Shown: positions 41,044-50,743 of the stretch, piece after piece
Position numbering within the stretch: the stretch's first letter is position 1
How the letters are laid out: each line of letters starts with the position of its first letter
Assembly (NCBI GenBank): GCA_963740315.1
Contig: CAVUDP010000002.1
Location: 320,001 to 384,000, forward strand
Length of the DNA: 64,000 bases
DNA from: an uncultured cyanobacterium
GTDB lineage: Bacteria > Cyanobacteriota > Cyanobacteriia > Cyanobacteriales > Nostocaceae
Direction: 5' to 3'
Position numbers and translations under genes: made by a program
The notes under the pieces: model-generated
Seen by the model: the letters and a program-made list of their open reading frames with translations, nothing else
The model's database searches: none
Told to the model about the DNA's origin: nothing

Positions 41044-42321
41044 TCAAGCGGCGCAACGGAATCCGGCGAATATCTGACGCACTCCGGGATGGTACCAGTT
41101 ACGAAAGCTACTGCGTAATGCCCACCGACGAGTTGCCCAGCTTCCACCTTTGAGAACCTTATGCTCGTTGTCGAAGTAAATTTGGGAGTAGCCTTTGTAG
41201 GGGTAATGTTGAAAGCCTTGATAGCCATCAAACCAACTTGCAGTCCATTCCCAAACGTTTCCCAAGGTATCGTATAAACCGTAGGGACTTTGCCCAAATG
41301 GGTAAGCGTTTACTGGTGTTGTTTGACTGTGAATGTTGTTGTAGTTGCAGTTTTCGGGTGTGGGATGTTTATCTCCCCAAGGATGAATACGACGACATTT
41401 TGATTTTTCATCCCAACTTACGGCTTTTTCCCATTCTGCTTCTGTAGGTAAACGTTTTCCGACAAAGTTTGCATAAGCTTCGGCTTCGTACCAACTTACA
41501 CCCCAAACCGGATTATTGTACCAAGCTGGGTTATCTTCCCAATAAAGCGGCTTTGTAGCTTTTTCTGCTTGCAACCATTTCCAACCTGCTTCCGACCACC
41601 ACTGAGGATTTTTGTAACCGCCCGCTTCCATAAATGTCCGATATTGCTTGCAGGTAACTGGATAGCGATCGATTGAGTATGTATCTAAATAAACTTTATG
41701 GGCGCAGCGTTCGTTATCAAGCGCATCTAATGAGTTACTACCCATTTCAAATTCACCCCCCGGAATTTGAATCATCTCGTTGAGAGGATTGCTGAGTAAC
41801 AGAGAAGAAGAGCAAGAAAGATGCCAAGAATTTTCTTTCTCCGTATCCGATTTTTGATTCCTCATCAACTCCAACACAAAACTAATCGTTTCGCTGTGCT
41901 GGCTTTCGTGTTGTAGTAAAAAGCGACATAAACGTTCTTGCTGTTCTAAATTAGTTTTTTCCATGTGATACAGAACTTTGTCTCGAACTGTATCTAGGTA
42001 ATGGCGAGTTTCTTCAAATGAAGGTAATTTGACGCGCTGATTTTTAGGTAAACCGCCTGCCGCGAACAGCTTACGATATTGCGGAAACGTACAAGGTAAA
42101 GCAGCAGTACGTTCTAATATCCATAAAGATTCAGTGTAGGCAATATGCCCTAAATGCCAGCCTACAGGACTAAAATCGGGATGAGCTTGACGACAAAAAG
42201 TCGCTTCATCCATATTTTTAAACAATTCAAGAGTTTTAGCGCGACATTGGACGAAAGCGCGAATAATACTCTCTTTTAAACCAGATTCTTTTAGACTAGA
42301 TTTGCTCAATTCTGAGATCAC
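41044..42321 (-). CDS. egtB: Ergothioneine biosynthesis sulfoxide synthase
   Basis: DinB-like SPVGWHLGH, HESQHSET, FGE domain (RLPTEAEWE, GNVWEW, GFRC); GTG 42321 preferred. Confidence 0.9.
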   Translation of the reverse strand: MISELSKSSLKESGLKESIIRAFVQCRAKTLELFKNMDEATFCRQAHPDFSPVGWHLGHIAYTESLWILERTAALPCTFPQYRKLFAAGGLPKNQRVKLPSFEETRHYLDTVRDKVLYHMEKTNLEQQERLCRFLLQHESQHSETISFVLELMRNQKSDTEKENSWHLSCSSSLLLSNPLNEMIQIPGGEFEMGSNSLDALDNERCAHKVYLDTYSIDRYPVTCKQYRTFMEAGGYKNPQWWSEAGWKWLQAEKATKPLYWEDNPAWYNNPVWGVSWYEAEAYANFVGKRLPTEAEWEKAVSWDEKSKCRRIHPWGDKHPTPENCNYNNIHSQTTPVNAYPFGQSPYGLYDTLGNVWEWTASWFDGYQGFQHYPYKGYSQIYFDNEHKVLKGGSWATRRWALRSSFRNWYHPGVRQIFAGFRCAA

Positions 42322-43084
42322 AATCTTCTCCCACACTAAGAATGCTATTTTCTGGAAACGAATTCCAATTACCTTTAAACAGCGGCTCAGAAGCAATAAT
42401 TACGGAGTTACGGAAATTTGAATCATTTTGCAGCCAATAAAGAGAAGGTGATGGAGGTTTTGTACTAAAGCGAGATGCTACAAGACGATTCCCATCACTT
42501 ACAACTACGTTAGCTAAAATATAGGTATTATGAGTTTTCGTTAATTCTTTTAATTTAAGTAAAGTTAGATGCAAAGCTTGCTCTAAACTTTTACCGGGAT
42601 TACTTTGCAACTCGTTAAGCAAGAGAGCAAAAATGTGTTCCGAATCTGTAGTTCCATTTATCCATTGATAAATTTCATCGCTTAGTTGACTGCGTATAGG
42701 TCTGTATAAGGTCTGACGAAACCGATCAATCTTACCATTATGAATAAATAATAAACGCTCTCTTTGGAATGGCTGACAATTACTTAGATCGAGGGCTTGT
42801 CCCAAAGTGGCGCTACGAACGTAAGAAACAACGCATCCAGATTCAACATAACGGCTGAGGCTGGGTAGGTTAGCATCATTCCAAATCGGTAGCGTACTTC
42901 TGTAAGTAAAGGGTTCGGTATCTTTTTGAGCATGATACCAGCCCACGCCAAAGCCATCGGCATTCACAGTTCCCGAAATCATTTCCTGGGGCTTATAGCT
43001 TTGAGTAATCAGTGAATGTTCGCGATCGTCAAGTAAACTTTCTAAAGAAACAGGCGAACCAAGATAAGCAAGTAATCGGCACAT
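42296..43084 (-). CDS. egtC: Ergothioneine biosynthesis Ntn-amidohydrolase
   Basis: N-terminal MCRLLAY, NADGFGVGWY, HNG, GTTDSE; operon with egtB/egtD. Confidence 0.92.
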   Translation of the reverse strand: MCRLLAYLGSPVSLESLLDDREHSLITQSYKPQEMISGTVNADGFGVGWYHAQKDTEPFTYRSTLPIWNDANLPSLSRYVESGCVVSYVRSATLGQALDLSNCQPFQRERLLFIHNGKIDRFRQTLYRPIRSQLSDEIYQWINGTTDSEHIFALLLNELQSNPGKSLEQALHLTLLKLKELTKTHNTYILANVVVSDGNRLVASRFSTKPPSPSLYWLQNDSNFRNSVIIASEPLFKGNWNSFPENSILSVGEDCDLRIEQI

Positions 43085-43442
43085 AAAATCAGTGAACGGT
43101 GAACAGTGAGCAGTGAACAGTGAGCAGTTAGGAGTATTGAGTATTGAGTTTAGTAGTTAAAATTTCTCCTTGTCCCCTCTTCCCCCTATCCTACGAATGC
43201 TCAACTAATCACTTATAGCAAAAATAGTACAAATGTTTAATTCTATTGCGGTGATTTTCCATACCGATTCGATCGAACTTGTACTCTGTCCCATTCGTTT
43301 TGAAAAGCAATAAAAGTTCGTAGTAAGGGCATTGGTTCCCTTCCATACGAGGTAACAAATCCTCAGAGCCGGAGAGTTAAAACTCTTACTACGAACCTTT
43401 CTACTTATTAGAATTAATCGGACAAGCCCTACTTTTAATTGT

Positions 43443-43820
43443 TCATTGATAATTGAATGCAGCGATCGCCAATGCACCCCAGCCAGCGATAAATGCTACA
43501 CCACCTAATGGTGTTATGGCTCCTAATATTTTTATGTCGCTTAAACTTAGGGCGTATAAGCTTCCTGAAAAAATAAATATACCGATAATAAATAACCATC
43601 CACTCGCGATTAAGCTTGGTGATGGTGTTTTGCTTTGAATGAGTAAGATTGCAACTAGTAACAGCGCTAAAGCATGATACATCTGATAGCGAGCGCCGAC
43701 TTCAAAAATTTGCAGAGCGCGATCGCTAAGTCTTTCTTTTAATGCGTGAGAAGCAAAAGCCCCAGCAGCCACTGATAAACCAGCGAATAAGGCTGCTAGG
43801 CTGATGAATATTTTTATCAT
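43443..43820 (-). CDS. DUF423 (TMEM256) membrane protein
   Basis: GAFASHAL, YQMYHAL, FSGSLY, GAITPLGG. Confidence 0.9.
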   Translation of the reverse strand: MIKIFISLAALFAGLSVAAGAFASHALKERLSDRALQIFEVGARYQMYHALALLLVAILLIQSKTPSPSLIASGWLFIIGIFIFSGSLYALSLSDIKILGAITPLGGVAFIAGWGALAIAAFNYQ

Positions 43821-43952
43821 GTTAGTAGATGAGGAGAGGGGGGGATGGGGTAGAGGGGGTAGAGGGGGTAGAGGGGGTAGAAGAGATAATTCTTATTAAC
43901 TCTTAACATGCAGACCTTTAACCTTTAACCTATTACCAATTCCCTATTTATT

Positions 43953-44423
43953 TTAAATATCAAAGTGATAAGACACTGCACCGTCTTCACTTACTTTAAA
44001 GTTAGCGTTAAATTGCTTGGCTTGGTCGTCTAAGAATTCTCTGGCGGTGGCTGGTGGTAGCTGTGACTGCATGGCGAAACCTAAAACTGTGATGCGTCCT
44101 TCGTTTTCGGCTATCATGCGATAAAACATCGATTGCAGGTGAAGATTAATCTGTTGCGCGATCGCGGTTTCTTCTTTCTTACCTTGACGGCGCATTCCCA
44201 AGGCTAACCACCCACCTAAAGCTAAACTGGGTAAACCAAAAATAATCCCATTTACTGCTGTAGTATCTAGCTCGGCTACTGCATAATCATTAATATAATC
44301 GTTTTCACCAAGTATATCCTTATACATTAGGTGTTTATTTATCATCGCGTTGGCTGATAGAGTTGTCAGCATAAACCCTAATACAATCAACCAGCCAGCA
44401 GCTAACTTTTCAACAGTTTTCAT
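43953..44423 (-). CDS. Hypothetical 2-TM protein
   Basis: 156 aa; paralog of 44846-45265. Confidence 0.75.
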   Translation of the reverse strand: MKTVEKLAAGWLIVLGFMLTTLSANAMINKHLMYKDILGENDYINDYAVAELDTTAVNGIIFGLPSLALGGWLALGMRRQGKKEETAIAQQINLHLQSMFYRMIAENEGRITVLGFAMQSQLPPATAREFLDDQAKQFNANFKVSEDGAVSYHFDI

Positions 44424-44608
44424 AATATTTTTAAAGTTTTTACTTTTAAGGTTGATTCTAACCTCACTTTATCAAAGCTTCCAGTAAGCAATTATCGATT
44501 ATTAGCGATCGATGACCAATTTTTCATCTGTGCTTGATAGTTGTTTCACAATTCTCTTATTTTATCTGGTTGATTTTACGTAGTGTCGCGTTTATATTAT
44601 TTTAACTA

Positions 44609-44713
44609 GTTCCCAGTCTCCGACTGGGAACTCCTGTGTGTGAGGCTCCGCCTCAAGTATATTAAGAGGCAGAGCCTCCCGCCAAGTGTTCCCAGTCTCC
44701 GACTGGGAACAAG
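44609..44713. repeat. Multi-hairpin short dispersed repeat
   Basis: GTTCCCAGTCTCCGACTGGGAAC at both ends flanking GAGGCTCCGCCTC and GAGGCAGAGCCTC hairpins. Confidence 0.8.
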
Positions 44714-44845
44714 AAATATAAAAAATATTAATTATATATCCTTAAAATTAAATGCTTTTATTTGATGTAGAAACGCGCCGATCGCAACGTTTCTACAGTT
44801 TAATTAAAACAAAACAGAATTAAAATAAATACACCCGATCGAAGA

Positions 44846-45265
44846 TCAAAGATGAAAGTGATAATAAACGCCACCATTCTGACTGTGGTCAAAGGTAGCA
44901 TTAAACTCTTTCGCCTTGGAATCTAAGAATAATTTGGCTTCTTCTCCTGTGATTTCGGCTTCTTTGGCAAAGCGTAATAAGGAAATCTGTCCTCTTTGTT
45001 CTTCAACAAGACGATAAAAAGTAGACTGAAGATGACTTGTTAACTGTTTTCGATCTTGCTTTTTCAAGCTTAATATCAGCCAACTACCAAATCCGATACC
45101 AGATAAACCCAAAGCGAAACCTAAACCAGTAAAGGCTTTATCCGCCATTTGTTCTTGTTGAGTCTCTTGATTATTATTCGATAATGCCTCCACAGTTACG
45201 TGCATGAGAAAAATAGAACTGAATGAGAGTAGCAAACCAGCTGAAACTTTTGTGAGAAACTTCAT
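44846..45265 (-). CDS. Hypothetical 2-TM protein (paralog of 43953-44423)
   Basis: Shared HLQS.FYR....GxI..L.FA, FLD..AK.FNA.F, G.V.YHF. Confidence 0.75.
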   Translation of the reverse strand: MKFLTKVSAGLLLSFSSIFLMHVTVEALSNNNQETQQEQMADKAFTGLGFALGLSGIGFGSWLILSLKKQDRKQLTSHLQSTFYRLVEEQRGQISLLRFAKEAEITGEEAKLFLDSKAKEFNATFDHSQNGGVYYHFHL

Positions 45266-45306
45266 AGAAACACGACAAGATATGATATCTTGCCGCGATC
45301 TTAACC

Positions 45307-45993
45307 TTACTTACGTGTAGCTTCCAGTATGCGGGAAAAGTAAAACCGCGTGCGCGTCATTGCTTGACGTTGGATGCTAAAGCCGTTTTTTTGCAGAAAA
45401 TCGACGATATTGGCTTCACGATGTAGATATGCACGGGTGGTTTTACTGGGACCTGGAAAGAAACCTCCAATTTTCTTTAATATGCTCAGGGCAAAGGTTT
45501 TGGGCGCAAAACTCACAATTATCCGTGATTCTGCGGTACTGCATAAATGAGATATCATTTCGGCAGCTTTTTCTTGAGGATAGTGGATCAGAACATCCAA
45601 GCAAACAACTGTATGATAGTTACCACTCAAGGCTTCCAAATCTTGGACGGCGAAAGTTGGATTATCAGCGTTTCCTAAAATTTCGACGGCTCGCTCTTTG
45701 CCTTCTTCGACCATTTTTTCAGAAATATCGCTGGCGTAAACTTTGGCTCCGGCTTGGGCTAAGGGTATGCTGAGACTACCTACACCACATCCAGCGTCGC
45801 ATATTGATATTTCTGCCAGGTTTTCATCCGCTTTTAACCAGCTAAGTACCGTTTCTACGGTTTTTTGATGCCCTTTACGGATATCAAGCTGCACTTTATT
45901 AACTTCACCATTGCCATAAATGCGCCTCCAACGGTCAAAGCCCGTGGAATTGAAATATTCCTTAACAATGGTCTTATCGTCTACTGCGTTCAT
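45307..45993 (-). CDS. chlM: Magnesium-protoporphyrin IX methyltransferase
   Basis: YFNSTGFDRW.RIY, DAGCGVG, CLDVLIHYP, FPGPSKTTRAY. Confidence 0.96.
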   Translation of the reverse strand: MNAVDDKTIVKEYFNSTGFDRWRRIYGNGEVNKVQLDIRKGHQKTVETVLSWLKADENLAEISICDAGCGVGSLSIPLAQAGAKVYASDISEKMVEEGKERAVEILGNADNPTFAVQDLEALSGNYHTVVCLDVLIHYPQEKAAEMISHLCSTAESRIIVSFAPKTFALSILKKIGGFFPGPSKTTRAYLHREANIVDFLQKNGFSIQRQAMTRTRFYFSRILEATRK

Positions 45994-46101
45994 AAAATTT
46001 AATATTTAACGGTTCCAAATCGAGCAAAATGCTTATTATCGGTAGAATACATCAATTAAGGACGGCGCAACCGTTAAAAAAAACGTGAGTTTGAGAGATT
46101 C

Positions 46102-46231
46102 CAGTTGAGAAGTCGGGTTAATAGAATGGGAGTTATCTGTAATATGCTTACCATTGGCAGTTGAGAAGTCGGGTTAATAGAATGGGAGTATCTGTAATAT
46201 GCTTACCATTGGCATAAAAACCCGACTTCTG
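46102..46231. repeat. About 56-bp tandem duplication inside an AGAAGTCGGG...CCCGACTTCT palindromic element
   Basis: CAGTTGAGAAGTCGGGTTAATAGAATGGGAG...CCATTGG occurs twice; related single element at about 39596-39667. Confidence 0.75.
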
Positions 46232-46246
46232 ATTATTGATTGCTTT

Positions 46247-47431
46247 TTAAGATAACAATCGCTGCCAAGTCAACTTTTTATTAGATTCATCGTAATTCCA
46301 ACGCAACAAATTACTAGCATGAGCGCCTTCAATTGCTGGTAAACCAATTGCTTTTCGCGGTGCGGTGGTTGCGATCGCAATGGCTGTTTCAACGTTACAC
46401 ATTCCCCATTTAACCAAATTCTGCACGCCAGCAAGCAGCGGTAAAGTTGTTCCTGACAAAGTTCCATCTGCTAACCGTGCGGTACCATCACTAACTGTAA
46501 TTTCTCGACTATCCCAAGGATAAATGCCGTCGGGTAATCCTAAAGGAGCCAAAGCATCGCTGACTAAGAAAAGTCCTTTTGTATAATCGCTTGCCCTTAA
46601 CAGTAAATCTATCATCATCGGCGAAACGTGTTTACCATCGGCGATAAAACCACACATGACGTTTTTATTGGTAATAGCCGCAGCTAATAATCCGGGCTGG
46701 CGGTGATGTAAAGGTGGCATTGCATTGAAAGCGTGAGTCACCATAGTCGCACCCATATCAAAAGCGGTTTGCGCTTGTTCTGCGGTGGCTTGGGAATGTC
46801 CTAAACTAACGGCGATACCTTGTTGACGTAAATAAGGTATGACTTCGTTGTGTGAATCTAACTCTGGCGCTAAGGTAATAACTTTAACAATCTCCGTAAA
46901 GTCGCCCAATACTCGTTTTACTTCCCCAAGCGATAAAGGCAACAGATACTCAATAGGATGTGCGCCGCGTTTTTGAGGATTTAAAAATGGTCCTTCTAAA
47001 TGTACTCCTAAAACTTTCGCACCCGAAGTTTGATTTTGCATAAAATCGGCAACTACTCCAAGGGAACAGTGGATATTTTCCACAGAAGTTGTCACCACAG
47101 TGGGTAAAAATCCATCAACACCGCCATCCCAGAGATAATCGCAGATTTTTTGCAAGAAGCAGGCATTTTCCGCATTCAATTCTGGAAACGCAGTTCCCAA
47201 CGCGCCGTTAATCTGCAAATCTACACCACCCAAAGAAAGGCGATCGCTCTGGGCATCCAATAATTCCAAATCCTTAAGGGGAACTCGTTTGATAATTTTA
47301 TCCATCGGCACTATTTGTTCAATAATGCCATCGCGGTTAATAAATAACATTTGTCTACCTTCGTAACCGGGGACGAAAGCATTAATAATGTTTAATGGTG
47401 TAGTAAAATTACTCATTGTCTCTTGAGTCAT
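46247..47431 (-). CDS. nagA: N-acetylglucosamine-6-phosphate deacetylase
   Basis: DLQING, GVHLEGPFLN..KRGAH, TLAPE, SLGHS, THAFNAM, DG.H, LVSD; start uncertain. Confidence 0.93.
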   Translation of the reverse strand: MTQETMSNFTTPLNIINAFVPGYEGRQMLFINRDGIIEQIVPMDKIIKRVPLKDLELLDAQSDRLSLGGVDLQINGALGTAFPELNAENACFLQKICDYLWDGGVDGFLPTVVTTSVENIHCSLGVVADFMQNQTSGAKVLGVHLEGPFLNPQKRGAHPIEYLLPLSLGEVKRVLGDFTEIVKVITLAPELDSHNEVIPYLRQQGIAVSLGHSQATAEQAQTAFDMGATMVTHAFNAMPPLHHRQPGLLAAAITNKNVMCGFIADGKHVSPMMIDLLLRASDYTKGLFLVSDALAPLGLPDGIYPWDSREITVSDGTARLADGTLSGTTLPLLAGVQNLVKWGMCNVETAIAIATTAPRKAIGLPAIEGAHASNLLRWNYDESNKKLTWQRLLS

Positions 47432-47504
47432 AGGATTTACGAGATTTACGAACAAAGCTGAGTAGATTTTGATAGAAACTACCACTTTTAATCAAGAATA
47501 GGAA

Positions 47505-47590
47505 GGGAGTAGGAAATAGGGAGTAGGGAGTAGGGAGTAGGGAGTAGGGAGTAGGGAGTAGGGAGTAGGGAGTAGGGAGTAGGAAATAGG
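47505..47590. repeat. STRR (GGGAGTA)n
   Basis: About 10 tandem heptamers. Confidence 0.9.
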
Positions 47591-47687
47591 GATTAGCAAG
47601 AAGCAACTTTTGTGAAATGGTCTAAAAGTGAGATTATTAATCGTGAATATGTAATCTAAAATCTAAAATCTAAAATCTAAAATTACT

Positions 47688-48197
47688 ATGACTGTCGGAA
47701 TTATCATGGGTAGCGACTCCGATTTACCCACCATGCAAGATGCTATTAAAGTTTGTGAAGAATTCGGCGTTAGTTACGAAGTTGCGATCGTTAGTGCCCA
47801 TCGTACCCCGCAACGCATGGTGGAATACGCTACGACAGCTGTTTCTCGCGGTATAAAAGTAATTATTGCTGGAGCAGGTGGTGCAGCCCATCTTCCGGGT
47901 ATGGTTGCTGCTTTAACTCCACTTCCGGTAATTGGAGTTCCCGTTGCCAGTCGTCATTTAAAAGGTGTCGATTCTTTACATTCGATCGTGCAAATGCCTG
48001 CTGGTATACCTGTCGCAACTGTGGCGATCGGTAATGCCAAAAATGCCGGACTTTTAGCAGTACAAATACTTGCTACTTATCGATCGGATTTGCTGGAAAA
48101 AGTTATTCTATATCGTCAAAATCTCTGCGATTCTGTAATTAAAAAGCAAGAAAATCTTGAAAAATTAGGCTACCAAGAATATTTAAATCAAATGTGA
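47688..48197 (+). CDS. purE: N5-CAIR mutase
   Basis: [40 protein letters not shown]. Confidence 0.97.
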   Translation: MTVGIIMGSDSDLPTMQDAIKVCEEFGVSYEVAIVSAHRTPQRMVEYATTAVSRGIKVIIAGAGGAAHLPGMVAALTPLPVIGVPVASRHLKGVDSLHSIVQMPAGIPVATVAIGNAKNAGLLAVQILATYRSDLLEKVILYRQNLCDSVIKKQENLEKLGYQEYLNQM

Positions 48198-48493
48198 TGC
48201 GATAGAAATGATACAAAAATATGATGAAATAAAACAAGTATTTTTACTATTCATGAGTTTTAAAAATTCCTATAAAAAAGTTTATTGAACAAATTGAATC
48301 AATGGCATTTACATTTATTATCAAAAATTAATATTTTTATACGTAAGTGAAAAAGCAATTTATTCGTATAAAAAACAATAATTAGCATAATTATTTGCAA
48401 TCGGAAAGTTATAGAATATTGACAATATTGCCATTTTTTGGTCTATTTTTGGCTTAAAATGCGATCGCAAATAATCAAAAATACCAAAAAATA

Positions 48494-48507
48494 GTAGCGA
48501 CTGCTAC
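48494..48507 (+). promoter_or_regulatory. NtcA binding site upstream of amt1
   Basis: GTA-GCGACTGC-TAC (GTA-N8-TAC) with AT-rich flanks; amt1 genes are known NtcA targets. Confidence 0.65.
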
Positions 48508-48917
48508 AGAATTTACAAAGAGCGTGCTGTAATTATTGTTTTTTAACCGTTGTAACTTTTTGATTGCAGTAAATCATGGAATAAAAAGGCTTTTAGACGT
48601 AAATCTAATTGTTAAAGAATTGATGAGGCTACTTGCAGAGGTTTCCAAAAATACATAATAATAATCTTTTAAGAAAAACTGGTTGCAGCAACATATGTAT
48701 CGTTACTTTGTTGACTAGTAGCTAGATTATTTGGTTTCCTAGATTTTTAACAGGCTTTTTGAGCTAGCAAGTTTCATAGGTACAAGAATCAAGGATAAAT
48801 TCCCGAACTGCAAGTAATGCTATTCGGAAAAATTCGGCTTTTGATATCTAACCGGCGTTGAAATCACAACGGTGTTACCCGAAGAAAGCGGTGTTTTCTA
48901 GTTAAGGAAGTAAAGGA

Positions 48918-50513
48918 GTGAAGATGCAAAAAGTGACGCGAAGAAATAATAGAAATGGTAAGCGGGGTAATTCAAAGGCTACTAGCGCTACACGTAATCT
49001 CTCATTTGTCAAACAAGTAGGGCAAGGAATTAAAGGTTTAAATCCTAACTTGCGTGCCTGTTTGCCGATCGCAGGTTTTATTGTATTGGCATCGGGTTAT
49101 GCAGCAGTTGCTCAAGCTCCTGCCGCAGACGCAGGGCCGACAACAGCAGAACTCAAGGTTGCATTAGATACGCTTTGGGTTGCGGTTGCAGCGTTTTTGG
49201 TAATTTTCATGAACGCTGGTTTCGGAATGTTAGAAACCGGAATGTGTCGTCAGAAAAATGCCGTCAACATTCTTTCTAAGAACTTGATCGTATTTGCTTT
49301 GGCTACCCTGGCATTTTATGTAATTGGCTTTGGCATCATGTTCGGCGATGGAAATGATTTTTTTGGTTTAAATGGTTTCTTGCTGAGTGGTGCAGATAAC
49401 AGCCCCGTAGTAGGAGATGGTTATCAAGGTGTTTTCGGTTCTTTGAATTGGGCTGGCGTACCTTTGTCTGCTAAATTCTTGTTCCAATTAGCATTCGCTG
49501 GAACTGCTGCCACAATCGTATCTGGAGCAGTAGCAGAGAGAATTAAGTTTATTGACTTCTTGATTTTCAGCCTGTTGTTAGTTGGTATTGCTTACCCAAT
49601 CACCGGACATTGGATTTGGGGTGGTGGCTGGTTGTACAAAGCAGGTTTCTGGGATTTTGCTGGTTCGACAGTTGTACACTCCGTTGGTGGATGGGCAGCT
49701 TTGATGGGTGCGGCAATTCTTGGGCCACGTATTGGTAAATATAGCGGCGGTAGAACCAATGCAATACCTCCCCACAACTTAAGCATCGCTACTTTGGGCT
49801 GTTTGATTCTATGGTTGGGCTGGTTTGGTTTCAACCCCGGTTCTACAATGGCTGCTGATGCGAACGCAATTGCTCACATCGCTTTAACTACTAACTTAGC
49901 TGCTGCTGCTGGTGCGGTAACTGCTTGTTTCGTAGCTTGGGGTTATTTAGGTAAGCCAGACTTATCGATGATTATCAACGGTACCTTAGCTGGTTTAGTT
50001 GGTATCACCGCTCCTTGTGCTTGGGTTAACTTGCCCAGTGCCGTAATTATTGGTGCGATCGCCGGAGCTTTGGTAGTATTTGCTGTTACCTTCTTCGATA
50101 AAATCAGAATTGATGACCCAGTAGGAGCGATTTCCGTTCACTTGGTTTGCGGTTTCTGGGGTACTTTAGCAGTAGGTTTGTTTGCTGTTGGAGGAACTCC
50201 CGACGGTATTTATGCTGAAGGACCACCTGCTGGTTTATTGTTCGGTGGTGGAATTGCTCCCTTGTTCACTCAATTAGCGGGTGCTTTAGCAGTAGGCGGT
50301 ATGACCGTATTACTTAGCACCATCTTCTGGGTAGCACTGAAAGCGACATTAGGTATCCGCGTAAGCAAAGAAGAAGAATTGGAAGGCTTGGATATTAGCG
50401 AACACGGAATGGAAGCTTACAGTGGTTTCGCAAAAGAAGCTGACACCATTGGATATGCCGAATTAGATAAACCTGGAATGTCTAGACAAGGAGATATGCC
50501 TAGTAGTTTGTAA
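48918..50513 (+). CDS. amt1: Ammonium transporter (Amt1 type)
   Basis: [55 protein letters not shown]. Confidence 0.92.
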   Translation: MKMQKVTRRNNRNGKRGNSKATSATRNLSFVKQVGQGIKGLNPNLRACLPIAGFIVLASGYAAVAQAPAADAGPTTAELKVALDTLWVAVAAFLVIFMNAGFGMLETGMCRQKNAVNILSKNLIVFALATLAFYVIGFGIMFGDGNDFFGLNGFLLSGADNSPVVGDGYQGVFGSLNWAGVPLSAKFLFQLAFAGTAATIVSGAVAERIKFIDFLIFSLLLVGIAYPITGHWIWGGGWLYKAGFWDFAGSTVVHSVGGWAALMGAAILGPRIGKYSGGRTNAIPPHNLSIATLGCLILWLGWFGFNPGSTMAADANAIAHIALTTNLAAAAGAVTACFVAWGYLGKPDLSMIINGTLAGLVGITAPCAWVNLPSAVIIGAIAGALVVFAVTFFDKIRIDDPVGAISVHLVCGFWGTLAVGLFAVGGTPDGIYAEGPPAGLLFGGGIAPLFTQLAGALAVGGMTVLLSTIFWVALKATLGIRVSKEEELEGLDISEHGMEAYSGFAKEADTIGYAELDKPGMSRQGDMPSSL

Positions 50514-50558
50514 GTTGTTTTACGCTTGTATTTCAACTTTTGAATGAGTAAATTAATT

Positions 50559-50596
50559 AGCCCTACTTTCTAACCCGGAAGTGGGGCTTTTTTTTT
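50559..50596 (+). terminator. Intrinsic terminator of amt1
   Basis: AGCCCTACTT...AAGTGGGGCT stem followed by a long T tract. Confidence 0.8.
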
Positions 50597-50743
50597 GTAG
50601 TAAGGGCATCGGTTCCCTAAATCTGAGGGCTAAAGCCCTTACTACAAACCTTGAGAAATAATATGACGATTTTCCCCTCGATAATGATTTTTTTGAAATG
50701 ATTTGGGAATACTAAGTCCGGAAGTATTAAAGATGAAAGCAAT

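Noticed and set aside
40851..41297. ORFs 40851-41297 (-) and 40875-41153 (+)
   Set aside because: Read through STRR and dispersed repeats and overlap egtB
47409..47606. (LLPTPYS)n ORF
   Set aside because: Translation of the (GGGAGTA)n STRR
50717..50722. TCCGGA upstream of the large kinase as a DIF1 promoter
   Set aside because: Predicted TSS would fall inside the CDS and the N18-G(T/A)AC element is absent
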